NCBI GenBank assembly: GCA_964551375.1
Contig: CAZKBG010000001.1
Location: forward strand, 600,001 to 632,000
DNA length: 32,000 bases
Source of the DNA: an uncultured archaeon
GTDB lineage: Archaea; Iainarchaeota; Iainarchaeia; Iainarchaeales; JAAZKV01
Direction: 5' to 3'
Below are positions 1-8,007 of this stretch, piece by piece. Both the position numbers and the translations under genes were made by a program. The notes under the pieces were generated by a model. That model searched no databases. It worked only from the letters and a program-made list of their open reading frames with translations, and was not told the origin of the DNA. The first letter of the stretch is position 1, and the number at the start of each line of letters is the position of its first letter.

Positions 1-500
1 ATGCTCAAATAATTAATTTTCTTAAACTCCAAAAGCTCGCACGCAGCCCTTACTCCTGAAAGAGATTTATCTGCATACACATCATTTGCAATCAAAATCA
101 CCGGATTAGTGGAAGATTTTATTATTGAAAGAACAGCGCTCATCCCGCCCCTGTCTTTTGAAGACAAGCCGTCAATTTCATCAATCAAAACAAGGCGCTT
201 TGTTCCAAAAAGAGAAGAATTTGCCGTTGCGGCTCCTGCAACATGCTCAATTGAAGCCTTATCCCTTAAATCGCTCGCATTCATTTCAAATAACTGCCAC
301 TTAAACTCTTTCGCAATCAAATAAGCAAGCGCGGTTTTACCAATGCCAGGATTTCCATAAAAAAATATTGGCTTTTGCTTAACATCAGCCTGCCAACTTT
401 CCGCCCAAGCCCTTGCCCTGTCAACAATTTCGACATTTCCAATAAATTCCTCAAAATTCTTAGGAAAATACTTATCTGTGAAAAGATCGGTTGAAATCAT
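1..500 (-). CDS. rfcL: Replication factor C (clamp loader) large subunit, N-terminal part; the gene continues beyond the left window edge
   Basis: Edge-truncated, so absent from the ORF track. My reverse-strand translation from the ATG at 498-500 reads MISTDLFTDKYFPKNFEEFIGNVEIVDRARAWAESWQADVKQKPIFFYGNPGIGKTALAYLIAKEFKWQLFEMNASDLRDK...KRLVLIDEIDGLSSKDRGG...PVILIANDVY. The DKY-P opening, W-x3-W motif, Walker A GNPGIGKT, NASD-R and Walker B LIDEID fit the archaeal RfcL pattern. Confidence 0.75.
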   Translation of the reverse strand, partial: MISTDLFTDKYFPKNFEEFIGNVEIVDRARAWAESWQADVKQKPIFFYGNPGIGKTALAYLIAKEFKWQLFEMNASDLRDKASIEHVAGAATANSSLFGTKRLVLIDEIDGLSSKDRGGMSAVLSIIKSSTNPVILIANDVYADKSLSGVRAACELLEFKKINYLS

Positions 501-594
501 AACAAAATCCTAACATATACTCCATGCGAAAGAATTAAAACAAAAACACCGCGCCTAAAAACATTGTTAAAATGAATCTAAAGAATTAATAATC

Positions 595-1308
595 ATGGGA
601 GAAATATACCAGCGGGCAACAAACCCAAAACAATACGACTTAAACGACATCAATTGGACGCATGAAACCTCAGATTCGCCGCACAGAATGTTTTATTATG
701 AATACCTGCAAAAATACAAAGACAAATGGAAAAATGCAAAAGTACTTGACATCGGCTCGGGACTCGGATGGCTGCTTTTAAAAGTCAGCGAAAACGGAGC
801 TCAGCTTGTCGAAGGAATAGAGCCTTCAAAAAATAATTACTTAACCTCCAAAAAACAGCACCCTTCGCTTACGGTATATAATACAGATTTCGAAAACTTT
901 GAAACAACAAAAAGATACAATATAATCACAGGAATTATGGTGTTCAACCATATCGCAGACATAAATAAAGCATTTGAAAAAGCATACTCGCTTCTTGAAG
1001 ACAGGGGAGAGCTTTGGATAATAATACACGAATTTTACTATGCTCAAACGCCAAGATTCGGATATGAAATTGAAAAAGAAAAAATCAATGAGGATGAATA
1101 CGCATTAAAAGTTGACAGAAAAAGCTGGAAAATAATAGCTGATGTTGTGAGAAAAGAAGAAGTATACATTAAAGCCGCTCAAAAAGCGGGGCTTAAACTT
1201 ATTGAAACAACGCCAATCACTCCTACTCCTGAGCTGATTAAGAAAATACCGCAATATGCGATTCTTAAAAATACTCCCACAAACAGATTACTGCGCTTCC
1301 AAAAGTAA
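595..1308 (+). CDS. Class I SAM-dependent methyltransferase (substrate unknown)
   Basis: 237-aa ORF. Motif I VLDIGSGLGWLLL is followed by an acidic residue after the beta2 strand (LVEGIEPS) and by the motif IV-like ITGIMVFNHI, which is typical Rossmann-fold MTase spacing. Confidence 0.7.
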   Translation: MGEIYQRATNPKQYDLNDINWTHETSDSPHRMFYYEYLQKYKDKWKNAKVLDIGSGLGWLLLKVSENGAQLVEGIEPSKNNYLTSKKQHPSLTVYNTDFENFETTKRYNIITGIMVFNHIADINKAFEKAYSLLEDRGELWIIIHEFYYAQTPRFGYEIEKEKINEDEYALKVDRKSWKIIADVVRKEEVYIKAAQKAGLKLIETTPITPTPELIKKIPQYAILKNTPTNRLLRFQK

Positions 1309-1351
1309 GTTGCAACAGAGTTTAAAAAACCACTCAAACAGGAAATAATTC

Positions 1352-2563
1352 ATGCAAATAGGAATAGTTGGAAAGCCAAGCTCTGGAAAATCAACCTTTT
1401 TCAGCTCTGCAACACTAGTTGATGTTGCAATTGCGAGCTACCCTTTTACCACAATAGAGCCAAACAAAGGAATTGGATTTGTTAGAGTGGAAGACGCAGG
1501 AAAATTCTTTGGCGTAACAAGCAACCCAAAACACGGCTTTTTAGTGCAGGACCCAGTAAAAGGGCCTATTAGATACGTGCCAGTTGAGCTAATTGATGTG
1601 GCAGGACTTGTTCCCGGCGCAAACGAAGGAAAGGGACTGGGAAACAAGTTTTTGAATGACTTATCACAGGCAGATGCATTAATTCATGTGGTTGACGCAA
1701 GCGGAAGCACGGATTCGGAAGGAAAAGAAGTTCCTGAAGGGAGCCATGACCCAATTATTGATGTGAAATTCCTTGAAGAAGAACTTGAACTATGGTTTTT
1801 AAAAATTATTGAAAACAACTGGACAAAATCTGGAAGAAGCCCTGAAAAAGACTTTGGGAAAAAAGTAACACTAATCGCGCAAATGCTTGCTGGAGTTAAA
1901 ATTCTTCCATGGCATATAGAAAAAGCAATGAGGGAAATGAAAATTGATGAAAAACTGCTTAATGAATGGACAAGCGAGGACAAACGAATTTTTGCGCACA
2001 AATGCAGAGTTTGGAGCAAGCCCATATTAATAGCAGCAAATAAATGCGACTTGCCAAGCGGAGAAAAAAATGTAAAAAGAATGAAAGAAGCTTTCCCAAA
2101 CACTTACATTGTCCCATGCTCTGCCGCAAGCGAATTATCGCTTAGAAAAGCCGCAAAAATGGGAATACTAAAATACTATCCAGGACAGGATAATTTTGAA
2201 CTGCTTGGAAATTTAAATGAAAAACAAAAAGCAGGAATTGAAACTATACGGCACAACGTGCTTGAAAAATTCAAAAGCACTGGAGTGCAGGAATGCCTTG
2301 ACACAGCGGTTTTTAATTTACTAAAATATTTCCCAGTGTTCCCCGGCGGAACAAAGGGGCTTGCTGATTCACAGGGGAGAATTATCCCTGACTGCTTTTT
2401 GATGCCGCAGAACTCGACAGCGCTGGATTTTGCTTACACGCTACACACTGATATGGGAGACGGATTCATCAGAGCAATTGATGTAAAAACAAAACAAGTA
2501 ATTGGAAAAGAACACGCCCTAAAATACGGGGATGTAATTGAACTGGTTTTTAAAAAACCATAA
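1352..2563 (+). CDS. YchF/Obg-family P-loop GTPase with C-terminal TGS-like domain (archaeal translation-associated GTPase type)
   Basis: 403-aa ORF. G1 is GIVGKPSSGKSTFF, G2 is YPFTTIEPN, G3 is DVAGLVPGA, G4 is AANKCD. The C-terminal GDVIELVFKK resembles the TGS end. Confidence 0.8.
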   Translation: MQIGIVGKPSSGKSTFFSSATLVDVAIASYPFTTIEPNKGIGFVRVEDAGKFFGVTSNPKHGFLVQDPVKGPIRYVPVELIDVAGLVPGANEGKGLGNKFLNDLSQADALIHVVDASGSTDSEGKEVPEGSHDPIIDVKFLEEELELWFLKIIENNWTKSGRSPEKDFGKKVTLIAQMLAGVKILPWHIEKAMREMKIDEKLLNEWTSEDKRIFAHKCRVWSKPILIAANKCDLPSGEKNVKRMKEAFPNTYIVPCSAASELSLRKAAKMGILKYYPGQDNFELLGNLNEKQKAGIETIRHNVLEKFKSTGVQECLDTAVFNLLKYFPVFPGGTKGLADSQGRIIPDCFLMPQNSTALDFAYTLHTDMGDGFIRAIDVKTKQVIGKEHALKYGDVIELVFKKP

Positions 2564-2620
2564 AATTAAACAATTAAAAAAACTGCTTAAAACAAAAGCA
2601 ACAAACCATAAAAAAAGCAA

Positions 2621-3082
2621 TTATTTCTTTTTCTTTGACTTTTTGAACTCGGCTTTAAATGAACTGACTTTCTCTTTTGGCTGGGCAAATCCTGCAAAAA
2701 ATGCAGGAAGCTTTTTCACAAAATAAACATATTGAATTACAAGAGCTATAAGCGGGATTATAATCAGCCAAAACGCAAGATTTGAATCCTTCATGAAAAT
2801 AAAATTAATTATGCTTATAATAAAACAAACTGTCGGGATAATCAGTAAAACTGAAAAAGCCGCGATGAAAATTACTTTTAAAATTCCAAACTGCTTTGCA
2901 ATATCCCTAAAAAGAATTTTTGAATTAACCCCGGCGCCCTTAAGAACCCAAAAATTAACAAATAAAACTGCTCCTACTACCAAAAACTTCACCAAATTGG
3001 GCACTGCGATTATGAAAAACTCAATAATCGAAATGATGAATAAAAAATCAAGCCACAAACTCATGCACATAATTATGCTCAA
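2621..3082 (-). CDS. Hypothetical integral membrane protein (about 4 TM segments, K-rich C-terminus)
   Basis: 153-aa ORF with long hydrophobic stretches (LWLDFLFIISIIEFFIIAV, VIFIAAFSVLLIIPTVCFIISIINFIF, AFWLIIIPLIALVIQYVYF). The overlapping plus-strand ORF 2793..3182 looks like a shadow. No family recognised. Confidence 0.5.
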   Translation of the reverse strand: MSIIMCMSLWLDFLFIISIIEFFIIAVPNLVKFLVVGAVLFVNFWVLKGAGVNSKILFRDIAKQFGILKVIFIAAFSVLLIIPTVCFIISIINFIFMKDSNLAFWLIIIPLIALVIQYVYFVKKLPAFFAGFAQPKEKVSSFKAEFKKSKKKK

Positions 3083-3165
3083 AGATGTTAAAAGACTAAC
3101 TAAGGATAGAAGAACAAAATGCGGGAAAAATAGATTTTATGGAGCAAAGCTCCACAAATCAAAAA

Positions 3166-3498
3166 TTACTTGCTTTCAATAACTTCAGAAACAGTTGTTG
3201 AAATAGGCTTATTTGCTGTTACGGTAGTTGTAGTGGTTGTTGTTTCCTTAACAGGAACCTGCGCAGTTGTTACTGAAACTGTTTTTGTAACTTCTTTTGA
3301 AGCAAGCTTCTTTTCATCAGCCCTTATTTTTTCAGCAAGCGCCTTAAGAGAAGCATCTTTGCCTTTGAGTTTCTTTAACGTGTAAAAATATGCGTTAATC
3401 ATCTGATCAAGGTCAAGCGTTCGCTTAAAACCAAGGCGGGCAACCTCCTCAAAGTACAGTCTCACAATTCTGAAAGCTACTTCTTCGTCATTCATCAA
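3166..3498 (-). CDS. Small hypothetical protein: N-terminal domain shared with the upstream 271-aa protein, plus a Thr-rich tail
   Basis: 110-aa ORF. NDEEVAFRIVRLYFEEVARLGFKRTLDLDQMINAYFYTLKKLK is paralogous to the C-terminus of the 3512..4327 product. A GGTGG Shine-Dalgarno-like motif lies in the 13-nt spacer before the ATG. The tail contains TTTTTTTVT. Confidence 0.6.
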   Translation of the reverse strand: MMNDEEVAFRIVRLYFEEVARLGFKRTLDLDQMINAYFYTLKKLKGKDASLKALAEKIRADEKKLASKEVTKTVSVTTAQVPVKETTTTTTTVTANKPISTTVSEVIESK

Positions 3499-3511
3499 AC
3501 CACCGCAAAAA

Positions 3512-4327
3512 TTACTTTACAATTCCTGAATCATTAACCGATTCAACAAAATTATCAGGCTTTGCGCCCTTCATCTTCACTCTTGCAAGAGAATAGAAGT
3601 ACGCGTCAATTATTTCATCAAGAGTCAATCTTCTCTTAAAACCAAGACGAGCTACTTCAATGAAATAAGTCTGCATTATCTTAAACGCAATCTCTTCATC
3701 ATCAGGACCAAGCGCTTCCTTTAAGTCATGCTTTGTCAAAGAATGAGTCGCCGCTGAAGATTCAAGCATGGATTTAAACTGCGCCGAGTTTATTCCGCTC
3801 TGATTGGCAGTTCTTGTCCTTGTAATCGTTCTTGTAATTAACTTTGGCTTTGATTTTCTTACAATAATTTTTGGCTTAGAAGCAATTCTTCGCACAACTG
3901 TTTTAGTCACAGTTCTTGTTTTGCCTTTCTTTCCCAATTTTCCTGCTTTTGCTAATTTCCAAAGCGCAACAGACTGAGTAAAAGTCTTGCCAATACGCAT
4001 CTGCGAGCCGATAAATTGATTGTATGCGCTTGGTCTTCTCTTATCCTGCTCTTGAAGTTTTTTGTAACTAGACCACTGCTTAGCGGCCTGAACAAATGTT
4101 CTTCCGGATTTAATCTGCTTTCTTATAAAAAAATTATATTCTGAAACATGGCCTCTTGCAGCCTTCTTTTTCTTTAACTTGTCAAGCTCTTCCCGAAGTT
4201 TAATAATCTCCGCGTCCTGCTTAGCATTATGCTTAGCATTCTTGCTTCTTTCTTTCTTTAATTCTTTCTTAATAACTCTTTTAGAAGCTGAAATCTTCTT
4301 ATCAACAGTTTTAGCCTGAACCATCAA
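3512..4327 (-). CDS. Lys/Arg-rich hypothetical protein with two HMG-box/YABBY-like repeats and a C-terminal domain shared with the 3166..3498 product; candidate nucleic-acid-binding protein
   Basis: 271-aa ORF. Internal repeat: RGHVSEYNFFIRKQIKSGRTFVQAAKQWSSY / RRPSAYNQFIGSQMRIGKTFTQSVALWKLA. Basic linker: KTRTVTKTVVRRIASKPKIIVRKSKPKLITRTITRTRT. C-terminal domain: DDEEIAFKIMQTYFIEVARLGFKRRLTLDEIIDAYFYSLARVK. Confidence 0.65.
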   Translation of the reverse strand: MMVQAKTVDKKISASKRVIKKELKKERSKNAKHNAKQDAEIIKLREELDKLKKKKAARGHVSEYNFFIRKQIKSGRTFVQAAKQWSSYKKLQEQDKRRPSAYNQFIGSQMRIGKTFTQSVALWKLAKAGKLGKKGKTRTVTKTVVRRIASKPKIIVRKSKPKLITRTITRTRTANQSGINSAQFKSMLESSAATHSLTKHDLKEALGPDDEEIAFKIMQTYFIEVARLGFKRRLTLDEIIDAYFYSLARVKMKGAKPDNFVESVNDSGIVK

Positions 4328-4431
4328 ATCAACCCGCTATATACTATTCTTTATGGCAGTATAAAAAGGTTATTCTAACTAGTAACCGCATGAAGTTAAC
4401 CAAAATGAGCCAATTTAGCGAAAAAGGACAG

Positions 4432-5511
4432 CTAAGCTTTTTTGCGCTTAATAATTCGAGTAAAACCTCTTCCTTTCACTATTTTCTCAAGCGAAATCAT
4501 CCCTTTCTTTTCAAGCTCTGAAATTGCGGTTCTTAGAGTTCTCTCTGAAAAATATTTTTCAAGTTCGGAGTAAATAAAACCACTATCAACGTCTTTAGCA
4601 GAATTTTTGTCCAATAAATTGAGTATCTTTTCTTCTTGTTCAGTAAGATTTTTAGTAATTTCAACCTTAACCGGCTTCTCCTGCATAAAAGCAGCCCTAA
4701 CGTGCTTAGGAAGAACCTTCTTTGAATTCTCGCGCTCCGCAAGACGCGCAGATTTTAGAAGAGTATCCACTGCAATCCTCGCATCCCCCCCGTTTTTAGC
4801 CGCATGAGCAGCGCAAAGAGGAATAACTTCATCATCAAGCGAAAAATCAAAGAACGCATACTTGCTTCGCTCTTTTAAAATCCCTTTCAACTCAAGAGGA
4901 GAATACTGCTCAAACGGAATGCTTGACGCCGAAAGCGAACTTCTAATCCTATCATCAAGACGCGAAAGGAAAAAATTATCATTTGAAATAAACACAAGCG
5001 CAATAGGAATCTTCTGCTGTTCAGGAAGCCTTGACAAATCATACAAAAGCGATTTTCTCTGCTCATCTTTTAAAAGCTGTTCAGCTTCGTCAAAAACAAT
5101 TACAGGAATTACTTTAGTAGTACGAAGCACCGCAACAAATTTACTAAACACTTCCTCAAAACCCACCCCCCTGTCCGGAACCGCATAACCCATAGTATTA
5201 GTTAATTTTGAAAGAATAGCCTGCTTTGTGGAGAATTCAAAACAATTAATATAAACACACTTTGAGCGGTCGCTAAATTCACTCAATTCATTAAGAACAT
5301 ACTTTAGAGTAACTGTCTTACCCGTCCCAGGCTTTCCAAAAACAAAAGCATTAGTAGGCTTTTTCCCAGTAGTTGCGGGCTTGAGGCAGAAAACAAGCTC
5401 GCTAATCTGCTCCTCCCTATATGGAAGCTTTTCAGGAACAAACTCAGGATACAAAAACCTTTCATCCTTGAAAATCGAATTGACCTTATCAGACTCAAAA
5501 ATATTGCTCAT
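4432..5511 (-). CDS. cdc6: Orc1/Cdc6 replication initiator (AAA+ plus C-terminal winged helix)
   Basis: 359-aa ORF. It has the LPYREEQISEL opening typical of archaeal Orc1/Cdc6, Walker A GKPGTGKT, Walker B VIVFDEAE, sensor region FISND, and a C-terminal wHTH (RTLRTAISELEKKGMISLEKIVKGRGFTRII). Confidence 0.9.
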   Translation of the reverse strand: MSNIFESDKVNSIFKDERFLYPEFVPEKLPYREEQISELVFCLKPATTGKKPTNAFVFGKPGTGKTVTLKYVLNELSEFSDRSKCVYINCFEFSTKQAILSKLTNTMGYAVPDRGVGFEEVFSKFVAVLRTTKVIPVIVFDEAEQLLKDEQRKSLLYDLSRLPEQQKIPIALVFISNDNFFLSRLDDRIRSSLSASSIPFEQYSPLELKGILKERSKYAFFDFSLDDEVIPLCAAHAAKNGGDARIAVDTLLKSARLAERENSKKVLPKHVRAAFMQEKPVKVEITKNLTEQEEKILNLLDKNSAKDVDSGFIYSELEKYFSERTLRTAISELEKKGMISLEKIVKGRGFTRIIKRKKA

Positions 5512-5629
5512 CCAACCACAATAACCAAGCTGAAATACTTAATGATGATGGGATTAAAAAATAATCTAAAAAATCGCCCTTGTACAAAGAGTATTAAATA
5601 CCCCAAAGATAATACTCATTACGATAAAA

Positions 5630-6271
5630 ATGATAGCAGAACTGCTTGTGCCATTTGTTCTTGAAATACTAAAAGCCATTGACTGGCTGGGAGTATTTCT
5701 CTTAATGACAGCTGAAAGCACGCTTCTTCCAGTGCCAAGCGAAGCAGTGCTCCCCTTTGCAGGGTATTTAGTCGCGCAGGGACAAATGAATCTATGGGTT
5801 GCACTCGCATCAGCAACAATCGGAACCATATTAGGCTCAGCAATATCCTATGCAATCGGAAAATACCTTGGAAGAGCGGTTGTTGCAAGATACGGAAAAT
5901 ATGTGCTGGTAACAGAACACGACCTTGACATTGCAAAAAACTGGTTTGACAAGCACGGCGAGAAAATGATATTTATCTGCAGATTTATACCCGTTATAAG
6001 ACATGTAATTTCAATCCCTGCGGGAATTGCACAAATGAATTTTAAGAAATTCATTCTTTACACCGCAATCGGAGGGCTTCTTTGGAACGCATTTTTAATA
6101 TATGTTGGAATGCAGCTCCAGCAAAACTGGGATGTGATACTAAAGTACTCACAATGGATTGACATTTTAGCAATTATAGTAATAGTAATTGCAATTGCAT
6201 GGTTTGTTGGCACAAAACTTAAAAAAGACAAAATTGCAAAGAAACCAGATTCGAAAAAAAAGAAAAAATAA
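5630..6271 (+). CDS. DedA/SNARE-associated family membrane protein
   Basis: 213-aa ORF. LLMTAESTLLPVPSEAVLPFAGYL, then GSAISYAIGKYLGR, then FICRFIPVIRHVISIPAGIAQMNFKKFILYTAIGGLLWN. These are the DedA signature segments. Confidence 0.8.
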   Translation: MIAELLVPFVLEILKAIDWLGVFLLMTAESTLLPVPSEAVLPFAGYLVAQGQMNLWVALASATIGTILGSAISYAIGKYLGRAVVARYGKYVLVTEHDLDIAKNWFDKHGEKMIFICRFIPVIRHVISIPAGIAQMNFKKFILYTAIGGLLWNAFLIYVGMQLQQNWDVILKYSQWIDILAIIVIVIAIAWFVGTKLKKDKIAKKPDSKKKKK

Positions 6272-6278
6272 TTGTATT

Positions 6279-6310
6279 TTCAAATATTTAAGTTTTCAAA
6301 AATTTAAGTT
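6279..6310. repeat. Tandem 16-nt direct repeat TTCAAAWATTTAAGTT x2 in the convergent spacer between dedA-like and pheT
   Basis: 6279-6294 ttcaaatatttaagtt and 6295-6310 ttcaaaaatttaagtt differ at one position. T-runs on both strands suggest a bidirectional archaeal terminator region. Confidence 0.6.
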
Positions 6311-6324
6311 TAGTTTAGTGAATT

Positions 6325-7983
6325 TTAAAGCTCGATTTCAAAAAGCACTACTGGTTTTCTTAAGCCGAAGTTATCAAGAACTTCCTTTTTTACTTCACCA
6401 ATGAATCCTTTTTTGTTTCCAATTATTACTTCAGCGGAGTTTTCGCTAAAAAACGCAAACTGCTTCTTTTTTACTTCATTTTTCAAACCCAAGTATTTGC
6501 AAAGCGAATCAAGATGCGACTTTATTTCAGTGTAATTTGCATTTGAATGAGTCAATGCAACGCACAAATTATTTGACTGCTTAATTCCATTCTCTGCTTT
6601 TGAATCAACCGCAAGACAAGACCCTATCTCAAAAATCCGCTGAGGATACTCTTGATTTTTATTCTTTGCAAAAAACTCAAGAAGCTGAGGAGCAAGTCTT
6701 TTTCTTAAAATTTCATAACTTGTTGAAACAGGATTTGCTATTTCCACAAATTCCTCTTTATCAAGAAGAACTTTATTTGCCTGAACTTCTTTTGAAGTCA
6801 TATTGTAAAGCATTATTTCCTGAAGAGCAAGACCAACGCAGCCCTCTCTTACAAAATCATTATAGAGAGCAATTGGAAGCTGAGAACCCACTACATTCAT
6901 CTCAACTTTTACAGGAGCAATTTTATTAAATCCGTAAGAAATAAGCATGTCTTCAATAATATCCACGGGGTGCATTATGTCAGTTCTGTAAGTAGGATAC
7001 TCAACATGAACTTTCTCCCCTTTAATTTCAGCATTATACCTTGCTTTCAAAAGCAAATCAAGAATTTCCTTGTCTTTTAATCCAAGCCCAGTTTTCACTT
7101 CAACTAACTCTTTAGCAAAAGACATTTTCTCTGTTTTAAATTCAGGCGAATTAACAGACTTTGCAGGATACGGCTTAGCGTCCTTTGGAAAATGAACTTT
7201 GCAGGACTCAATCTTAGCCCCTCTGTCTGCGAGCGCCATGCAAATAACTTCAAGAGCAGTAGAAACTGTTTCCCACTTAAATCCAGTGCATTCAATAAAA
7301 AGATTTTTTGTGCTCTCAGTAACTTTTCCAGTAGTCTGGGAGTTAATTATAGGAGGCATTGAAGCAACTGTATTTTTTGAATCAATTACTATTGGGTAAA
7401 CTTTTGCGCCTTCTAAAAGATGCTTATACGCTTTTCCCTTTTCATGCTGGGCTAAAATCTCGCTCGGTTTCATTGAAACCTTCCATTCAAGAGGAACAAA
7501 TTCAATCTCATCATCCTTAAATCCCTTATAATAAACAGGCGCTTTCATTATGTCAAAGTCATACAACCCTATTCCAAGCTCTTTTCTTTTTCTTCCGTAA
7601 TTTTCCCCTACTTTTTCCTGAAGCTGAATCATCTGCTTTAGCAGTTCTTCATTAATTTTAACATTTCTAACTACCGCGCATGCAATTAAGGGCCTCACTT
7701 TTTCAAGATTAGCATCAACGTGAACACTTACCCCGCTTGGAGTTACTTTGTATTCTTTAATTCCCTTATCTTTTCCAGTTCTTGCAAGCAAATCCCTTGA
7801 AATCCCTTCAGCGCTCCATAAATCAGGTCGATTTGTTTCCTTGCAGTCAATACGAAGAACATCCCCGTCAAGCAAATCAATCTCGCCTTTAATGTACTCA
7901 AGCTCTTCTTCAAGAAGCTCCCTTGAATACTTCTTGCCCATGAAGCTTTCCAAATCTTTTTTTGAAATTTCCAAATTCGGCAT
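6325..7983 (-). CDS. pheT: Phenylalanyl-tRNA synthetase beta subunit (archaeal/eukaryal type)
   Basis: 552-aa ORF directly downstream of pheS on the same strand. The opening MPNLEISKKDLESFMGKK, and the B3/4 and B5-like regions, have a length and layout typical of archaeal PheT. Confidence 0.9.
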   Translation of the reverse strand: MPNLEISKKDLESFMGKKYSRELLEEELEYIKGEIDLLDGDVLRIDCKETNRPDLWSAEGISRDLLARTGKDKGIKEYKVTPSGVSVHVDANLEKVRPLIACAVVRNVKINEELLKQMIQLQEKVGENYGRKRKELGIGLYDFDIMKAPVYYKGFKDDEIEFVPLEWKVSMKPSEILAQHEKGKAYKHLLEGAKVYPIVIDSKNTVASMPPIINSQTTGKVTESTKNLFIECTGFKWETVSTALEVICMALADRGAKIESCKVHFPKDAKPYPAKSVNSPEFKTEKMSFAKELVEVKTGLGLKDKEILDLLLKARYNAEIKGEKVHVEYPTYRTDIMHPVDIIEDMLISYGFNKIAPVKVEMNVVGSQLPIALYNDFVREGCVGLALQEIMLYNMTSKEVQANKVLLDKEEFVEIANPVSTSYEILRKRLAPQLLEFFAKNKNQEYPQRIFEIGSCLAVDSKAENGIKQSNNLCVALTHSNANYTEIKSHLDSLCKYLGLKNEVKKKQFAFFSENSAEVIIGNKKGFIGEVKKEVLDNFGLRKPVVLFEIEL

Positions 7984-8007
7984 AAAATCACATCAAATAA
8001 AAATTAT

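Noticed and set aside
1438-2103. Three minus-strand ORFs (69, 61 and 139 aa) inside the GTPase gene
   Set aside because: They are antisense shadows of a gene with complete G1-G4 motifs. Their composition is Ser/Phe/Leu-biased and they contain no motifs.
2793-3182. 129-aa plus-strand ORF overlapping the 2621..3082 membrane gene
   Set aside because: Its Lys/Thr/Ile-rich composition is the complement of a hydrophobic coding strand. The minus-strand frame gives coherent TM helices.
5530-5550. C/D-box sRNA-like ATGATGATG (C box RUGAUGA) upstream of orc1/cdc6
   Set aside because: The only CTGA lies upstream of the putative C box, which is the wrong order. No D or D' box follows within about 60 nt on either strand.
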